DNA of 64,000 nt from an uncultured Gemmatimonadales bacterium (lineage in GTDB: Bacteria > Gemmatimonadota > Gemmatimonadetes > Longimicrobiales > RSA9), in contig CAVUKA010000001.1 in assembly GCA_963741945.1 (NCBI GenBank), positions 544,001 through 608,000 on the forward strand, in the 5' to 3' direction. Position 1 is the first letter of the stretch. Every line of letters starts with the position of its first letter. A program made the position numbers and the translations under genes. The notes under the pieces were generated by a model. That model worked only from the letters and a program-made list of their open reading frames with translations. It was not told the origin of the DNA and ran no database searches. Positions 59,003 through 64,000 of this stretch are shown piece by piece.

Positions 59003-59743
59003 CTACTCCAGCGTGATCTTCCGGTCGCGGAATCGCGGGATGACGCCGGTCCTGTCCACCCGCGCGCAGAACTCCAGGTCGGCGCCACGGCCGACCTCCA
59101 CAAGATGGCGTCCAGCGGCCGTGCGTTCCAGCATCAGCGGCAGCTCGTCCATGTGCCGCGCGGCCAGCCCCCTGGCCGCCAGGGCGCCGTCGTTCATGTC
59201 CGGCTCGCCCGTCAGCGCGGCCACCCCTTCCACGATGGCGCCCGCGCACACCGCGTCCTCCAGCGCGAACCGACCTTCGCGGCCGGCACAGACCACGGTC
59301 GCCGCGGCGCCATCGGACAGGCGCCGCGTCACGGCCCCGAGGTTCAGGAACGCGCCCGCCAGGACGGCCGTGGACTCCGTGTCCACCGCGCCGCCCCGTC
59401 GCTCGACCAGCGAAAGGAACGCCCGGGTCCCGTTCGTGGTGGTCATGACCAGCGACAGGTCGGCGACGCGCTCGGGCGTGAACTCCGGCGGCGCGTTCCC
59501 GAGGTCGAACCCCTCGATCGGCAGCGCCTTCCGCTCGCCGCACAGCAGCACCGCGTCGCGCCCGAGGTTCTGGGCCAGGCGGGCCGCGGCATCGGCGGTC
59601 TCCACGGGGAATACGGCTTTCGCGCCGTTGGCCAGCGCTTCGACGATCGTGCTGGTGGCCCGGAGCAGGTCCACCACCACGATCCGGTCCGGCAGCTCGA
59701 CGCCCGCAAGCTCACCCGGCGTGAAGAAGACGTCGACCCTCAC
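59003..59743 (-). CDS. comB: 2-phosphosulfolactate phosphatase family protein
   Basis: [27 protein letters not shown] and ALEDAVCAG. Confidence 0.9.
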   Translation of the reverse strand: MRVDVFFTPGELAGVELPDRIVVVDLLRATSTIVEALANGAKAVFPVETADAAARLAQNLGRDAVLLCGERKALPIEGFDLGNAPPEFTPERVADLSLVMTTTNGTRAFLSLVERRGGAVDTESTAVLAGAFLNLGAVTRRLSDGAAATVVCAGREGRFALEDAVCAGAIVEGVAALTGEPDMNDGALAARGLAARHMDELPLMLERTAAGRHLVEVGRGADLEFCARVDRTGVIPRFRDRKITLE

Positions 59744-61107
59744 GCGCCGCCGGCCCCCGCTTCCGCCACCATCCGTCGCTCGAGGTAGCGCGTGTCCATC
59801 TTGCCGGCCACCACGGCCGGGTCCTCCAGCAGCTCCAGCAGGAACGGGATCGTGGTCTTCACACCCTCGACGATGAGCGATTCCAGCGCGAGACGCATGC
59901 GCACGATGGACTCCTGCCGGTCCTTCCCATGGACGATCACTTTCGCCAGCAGGGAGTCGTAGTACGGAGGCACGTGGTATCCCTGGTACGCATGCGAGTC
60001 CACCCGCACGCCGGGGCCGCCCGGTGCGTGCCAGATCGTGATCTGGCCCGGGCTCGGCTGGAAGTTCTTCGCCGGGTCCTCCGCGTTGATCCGGCACTCC
60101 AGCGCGTGGCCGTTCAGCACCAGCGGGCCCCGCACCGGGACCGACAGCTTCTCGCCCGCGGCGATCCGGATCTGCTCCTTCACCAGGTCGTACCCCGTCA
60201 CCATCTCGGTCACGGGATGCTCCACCTGGATCCGGGTGTTCATCTCCATGAAATAGAAGCTGCCGTCCTGGTCGAGGAGGAACTCGATCGTGCCCGCGCC
60301 GCGGTAGTTGATGGCCTTCGCGGCGCGCACCGCGGCCGCGCCCATCTTGGCGCGCAGCTTGGGCGACACCGCGGGCGACGGGGACTCCTCCATCAGCTTC
60401 TGATGCCGCCGCTGGATCGAGCATTCGCGCTCGCCCAGGTGCACCACGCGGCCATGCGTGTCGCCGAACACCTGGATCTCCACGTGGCGGGGCCGCTCCA
60501 GGTACTTCTCCAGGTAGACCCTGCTGTCCCCGAACGCTGCGCCCGCTTCGTTCTGCGCCGCCTGCAGCGATTTCGCGAACGTCCCCTCGTCCGGCGCCAC
60601 CCGCATCCCCTTCCCGCCCCCGCCCGCCGCCGCCTTGATCAGCACCGGGAAGCCCAGCTTCCGGGCCGCTTTCAACGCCTCGTCCGGGTCCTCCACCGCC
60701 CCATCACTGCCGGGGACCACCGGGACGTTCTCCCGCATCATGGTGTTCCGGGCCATCGCCTTGTCGCCCATGAGGCGGATCTGGTCCGCCGTGGGGCCGA
60801 TGAAGGCGATGTCGCTCCGCTCGCAGATCTCCGCGAAGTCGGCGTTCTCCGCCAGGAACCCGTACCCCGGGTGAATGGCGTCGGCGCCCGTCACCTCCGC
60901 CGCCGCCATGATGCGCGGGATCTTCAGGTAGCTCTCGCGGGCGGGCGGCGGACCGATGCACACGTCCTCGTCCGCGAAGCGCACGTGCAGCGACTCCCGG
61001 TCGGCCTCGCTGTACACCGCCACCGTCCGGATGCCCATCTCCTGACAGGCCCGGATCACCCGCAGCGCGATCTCGCCGCGGTTCGCGACCAGCACTTTAC
61101 GGAACAT
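59740..61107 (-). CDS. accC: Acetyl-CoA carboxylase biotin carboxylase
   Basis: [48 protein letters not shown] and YYDSL. Confidence 0.98.
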   Translation of the reverse strand: MFRKVLVANRGEIALRVIRACQEMGIRTVAVYSEADRESLHVRFADEDVCIGPPPARESYLKIPRIMAAAEVTGADAIHPGYGFLAENADFAEICERSDIAFIGPTADQIRLMGDKAMARNTMMRENVPVVPGSDGAVEDPDEALKAARKLGFPVLIKAAAGGGGKGMRVAPDEGTFAKSLQAAQNEAGAAFGDSRVYLEKYLERPRHVEIQVFGDTHGRVVHLGERECSIQRRHQKLMEESPSPAVSPKLRAKMGAAAVRAAKAINYRGAGTIEFLLDQDGSFYFMEMNTRIQVEHPVTEMVTGYDLVKEQIRIAAGEKLSVPVRGPLVLNGHALECRINAEDPAKNFQPSPGQITIWHAPGGPGVRVDSHAYQGYHVPPYYDSLLAKVIVHGKDRQESIVRMRLALESLIVEGVKTTIPFLLELLEDPAVVAGKMDTRYLERRMVAEAGAGGA

Positions 61108-61116
61108 CCGCCCCCG

Positions 61117-61761
61117 TCAACCCTTCGGGTCGATCCGGAACAGCACCTGGCCGTACTCCACCGGCTCGGCGTTGTCCACCAGGATCTCCCGGACCACCCC
61201 TTCCACCTCGGCTTCCAGCTCGTTCATCAGCTTCATCGCTTCGAGAATGCAGAGCGTCTGCCCCTTGCTCACGCGCGATCCCACCTCCACGTACGGCGGC
61301 GCGTCCGGCGCCGGCGCCCGGTAGAAGGTCCCCACCATCGGCGACGGTACGTCCGACAGACCGCTCTCCGCCGCAGCGCCTTCACTCGCCTCGGCCTGCG
61401 CCGCCGCGGAGCCACCCCGCTCTGCGGTGGGCCCGCCCACCGCCTCGTCCACGGCGGGCGCCGGGTTCGGGGCCGGTGGCGCGGGCGCGGGTGGCGGCGG
61501 CGGCGAGAAGTACGTGGCTCCGGGAGGCGCGCTGGGCGGCGTCTTCGAGATTTTCACCCGCGTCCCCGCCCGCGTGATCTCCAGCGAGTCGATGCCGCTC
61601 GCGTCCACGGCCTCGATCAGCCCTTTCACGAATTCGAGATCCACCATTGGCTGCGTCGCTGCCGCCGCCGTTGGCGCCGGGGCCGGAGCGCCCGGGGCTT
61701 CCTCCCCATGCTGCTCCTCACCCGCGTCCGGCTTGGCCGCCGCTGCTCGTGCTCTCGCCAC
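61117..61761 (-). CDS. accB: Biotin carboxyl carrier protein
   Basis: SPMVGTFY and EAMKLMNE biotinyl motif. An alternative ATG at 61647 gives the canonical length. Confidence 0.95.
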   Translation of the reverse strand: MARARAAAAKPDAGEEQHGEEAPGAPAPAPTAAAATQPMVDLEFVKGLIEAVDASGIDSLEITRAGTRVKISKTPPSAPPGATYFSPPPPPAPAPPAPNPAPAVDEAVGGPTAERGGSAAAQAEASEGAAAESGLSDVPSPMVGTFYRAPAPDAPPYVEVGSRVSKGQTLCILEAMKLMNELEAEVEGVVREILVDNAEPVEYGQVLFRIDPKG

Positions 61762-61764
61762 GTC

Positions 61765-62205
61765 TCACTCCCCTCTCGAGTTCCGAAGGTGACCGACCAG
61801 CCCGCGCAGCGCGAGCGTGTAGCTGTCCGCGCCGAATCCGGTCACCACCCCCAGCGCCGCCGGCGCCAGCATCGACTCCCGGCGGAACGACTCCCGCGCG
61901 TGCACGTTGCTCATGTGCACCTCCACGAACGGGCGGGCCACCCCCGCCAGCGCATCCCGCAGGGCCACGCTGGTGTGACTGTACCCGCCCGCATTCACCA
62001 CGAAGCCGTCCGCCACCGACGCCTGGATCCGGTCGATCAGCGTGCCCTCGTGGTTCGACTGATACGTCTCGACTTCCACGCCCAGGCGCTCCGCCTCCTC
62101 GCGGATCGCCGCATCGATCTCGTCCAGCGTCCGCCGGCCGTAGACGCCGGGCTCACGGCGCCCCAGCAGGTTCAGGTTCGGCCCGTGCAGGACCTCGAGC
62201 CTCAC
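61765..62205 (-). CDS. aroQ: Type II 3-dehydroquinate dehydratase
   Basis: [30 protein letters not shown] and [11 protein letters not shown]. Confidence 0.97.
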   Translation of the reverse strand: MRLEVLHGPNLNLLGRREPGVYGRRTLDEIDAAIREEAERLGVEVETYQSNHEGTLIDRIQASVADGFVVNAGGYSHTSVALRDALAGVARPFVEVHMSNVHARESFRRESMLAPAALGVVTGFGADSYTLALRGLVGHLRNSRGE

Positions 62206-63896
62206 TGCTTCAAGCTCTCCAGCCATGCCCGGAACGTGGCCAGCCCCTCGTCGTCCGAAGGCGCGCCACTCTCCGCCGCCTCCGCGCCGGCGCTGCCCGT
62301 CTGCTCCTCATCGGCATCGATGCCCGCGTCTTCCATGTCGTCGCCTTCGCCCCCGCGCTCGCCTCCCCCACCTGCCGTTTCCCCGCCACTGGCACCGGCG
62401 GGCGCCCACTCCAGCAGCGACCGAACGTAGCTCCGGATCGGCGGCGACGCATCCGCTTCCTCCGCCTCCTCGCCCCACGAGTACGGCGACTCGGACCGGC
62501 TCTCCCCCCACTCGGCCCCCACCCACACGGACGCGTCCTCCACGTCCGCTTCTCCCGCCGCCCCGGCTCCGCTTCGCTCCGCCGGCGCCTCCGAATCGGC
62601 ATCCGGCTCCCGCGACCACGGCGACCACGGCTCCGGCTCCCGCCGCGCCTCCCCCGCCTCCTCGCCCAGCCGCTCCATCTCCTGCAGCCGCTCCCGGAGC
62701 CGCTCCTCCGCCGGACGCGAGCGCACCAGCTCTCGGTACACTTCCGCCGCCCGGTCGTAGAGTCCCTGGCGCGCGTACACCTCGGCGATCGTTTCCGTCA
62801 TCACCCCGGGCGACGCCGACCGCGGCCGCGCTGCCGGCTCTTCGGCGGTGTCCGGCTCTTCCGCGGATTCCGGCTCTTCGGCGGATTCCGGCTCTTCCGC
62901 GATGTCCCGCTCTTCGACCAGTGCCCGCGCTTCGGCTGCGCCGCGTTCCTCAACGACGTCCGGCTCTTCGGCGGCTTCCGCTTCTTCGGCCGGTTCCCAC
63001 TCCCGGTCCGGTTCCCACTCCGCGGCGGCTTCCAACTCTTCGGCGGCTTCCCGCTCCCCGTCGGCTTCCGGCTCCTCGGCCGGCGTCAGGCGGGTATCGA
63101 GGGTGTCGTCGCCCAGGCTCGTACCGGTGCCATCGAAGCGCATGCCCTCGATGTCCAGCTCGGGGAAATCCCCCCCGGCGCGGGCGTCCTCCGCCGTGAG
63201 TCCGTCCTCGGCTTCGAGCCCCTCCAGCCGCTGGGGCTCCTCGTCCGCTTCCCCCTCCGCTCCCGCCGCCGGCTCCTCGAGCCGTTCGAGCCCGGTCAGC
63301 GCCGCGGCTTCGCCCGGGCGGTCGGAGCCGGCCTGGCCCACGTGCTCATCGGCCGCCGCGGCGTCCGGTGTCCCGGCGTCGCCTGCCGGCTCCGGCTCCT
63401 CCCCCGGAGAGCCCTCGCTGAACGACCACGCCTGCTCCTCGAAAGGCGTGGCTTCCGGCACCGTTTCGGCGCCCGGCGATTCCTCCTCCTCGGCGGCCAG
63501 GGAGTCGAGCAGCTCCCGCGCATCGCGGTCGGCGGGCTCGACCTCCAGCAGCCGCACGTAGAACTTCCGCGCGCCGGCGTAGTCCCCGCGGTGCCGGGCC
63601 AGCTCCCCGAGGGCGCGCAGCGCCACGAGGTTGTGGGAATCCAGCTCGAGCACGCGCCGGAACGCGGAATCCGCCGCGTCGCCCCGATCCTCGTCCATCA
63701 GGACGCGGCCCAGGACCACGTGGGCACTGGCGTAGCCCGGGTGGCGCTCCAGCCCTTCCTCGAGGACGGAGCGGGCCTGGGCCAGCCGACCATCCTTCCG
63801 GTAGGCTTCGGCAAGGTGCGTGAAGATCCGGCCCTCCGGATGCTCGGCATAGAGGGCTTCGAGTTTTGCGATCTCGTCGTGATGCGCGTCGGACAT
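62202..63896 (-). CDS. Tetratricopeptide repeat protein with long acidic linker
   Basis: N-terminal TPRs (LAEAYRKDG.., AHVVLGRVL.., ALRALGEL..), an E/A/P-rich region, a second TPR ([12 protein letters not shown]) and C-terminal FRAWLESLK. Confidence 0.85.
   Translation of the reverse strand: MSDAHHDEIAKLEALYAEHPEGRIFTHLAEAYRKDGRLAQARSVLEEGLERHPGYASAHVVLGRVLMDEDRGDAADSAFRRVLELDSHNLVALRALGELARHRGDYAGARKFYVRLLEVEPADRDARELLDSLAAEEEESPGAETVPEATPFEEQAWSFSEGSPGEEPEPAGDAGTPDAAAADEHVGQAGSDRPGEAAALTGLERLEEPAAGAEGEADEEPQRLEGLEAEDGLTAEDARAGGDFPELDIEGMRFDGTGTSLGDDTLDTRLTPAEEPEADGEREAAEELEAAAEWEPDREWEPAEEAEAAEEPDVVEERGAAEARALVEERDIAEEPESAEEPESAEEPDTAEEPAARPRSASPGVMTETIAEVYARQGLYDRAAEVYRELVRSRPAEERLRERLQEMERLGEEAGEARREPEPWSPWSREPDADSEAPAERSGAGAAGEADVEDASVWVGAEWGESRSESPYSWGEEAEEADASPPIRSYVRSLLEWAPAGASGGETAGGGGERGGEGDDMEDAGIDADEEQTGSAGAEAAESGAPSDDEGLATFRAWLESLKQ
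62829..63080 (-). repeat. Intragenic 18-bp (hexapeptide) tandem repeat, about 14 units
   Basis: [84 protein letters not shown]. Confidence 0.75.
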
Positions 63897-64000
63897 CAAC
63901 GGCTCCTGAGGGACGCGGCAGGCATTGGACTCGGGTGAGGTGACCAAGATAGAGGGCGCCGCTTGGCCATGTCAACGTGAACCCTGAGGAGCCGAACGGG

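Overview
GC-rich bacterial chromosomal segment made up almost entirely of housekeeping genes. Gene content and order suggest Gemmatimonadota (an inference; no rRNA or marker search was possible). About 62 tightly packed, often translationally coupled genes lie on the minus strand. Only two are on the plus strand: a truncated histidine kinase 3' end at the left edge and one orphan ORF at 32.2-32.9 kb. In transcription order the minus-strand genes are: TPR protein, aroQ, accB, accC, comB, ftsK, lolA, rimO, SpoIID, OMP, oxidoreductase, lnt, rpmE, prfA, prmC, YlbF, PIP synthase, ino1, tmk, S41 protease, TauE, EamA, CMD, obgE, dprA, hemW, hrcA, dnaJ, prmA, yqeY, mutS2, dnaG, Zn-ribbon, recJ, rsmD, coaD, pta, STAS, RsbW-like, GAF-PP2C, rsmA, MFS, HisKA protein, rex, arcA, DEDDh exonuclease, MBL hydrolase, thiolase, bioY, CPBP, hbd, ACAD, LeuDH, glyA, Minf_1886, Zn-ribbon, nnr, thiL, plsC, eno, ftsB. 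I found no transposase, integrase, cas, tRNA or rRNA genes. The most unusual feature is the intergenic region at 13.0-13.74 kb. It holds six degenerate 35-bp palindromic units spaced about 62 bp apart with 27-29-bp unique spacers, three nested inverted repeats, a 39-bp direct repeat and a (GACCTCC)x16 heptamer array. Other notable items are a Rex operator upstream of a rex-arcA operon, paired 18-bp palindromes upstream of a lipoprotein-like LolA, an inositol-phospholipid gene pair, and a HisKA protein with an apparently degenerate ATPase domain. Many start codons were re-called downstream of the ORF-track starts using homology and GTGA/ATGA/TTGA overlaps, and are approximate.
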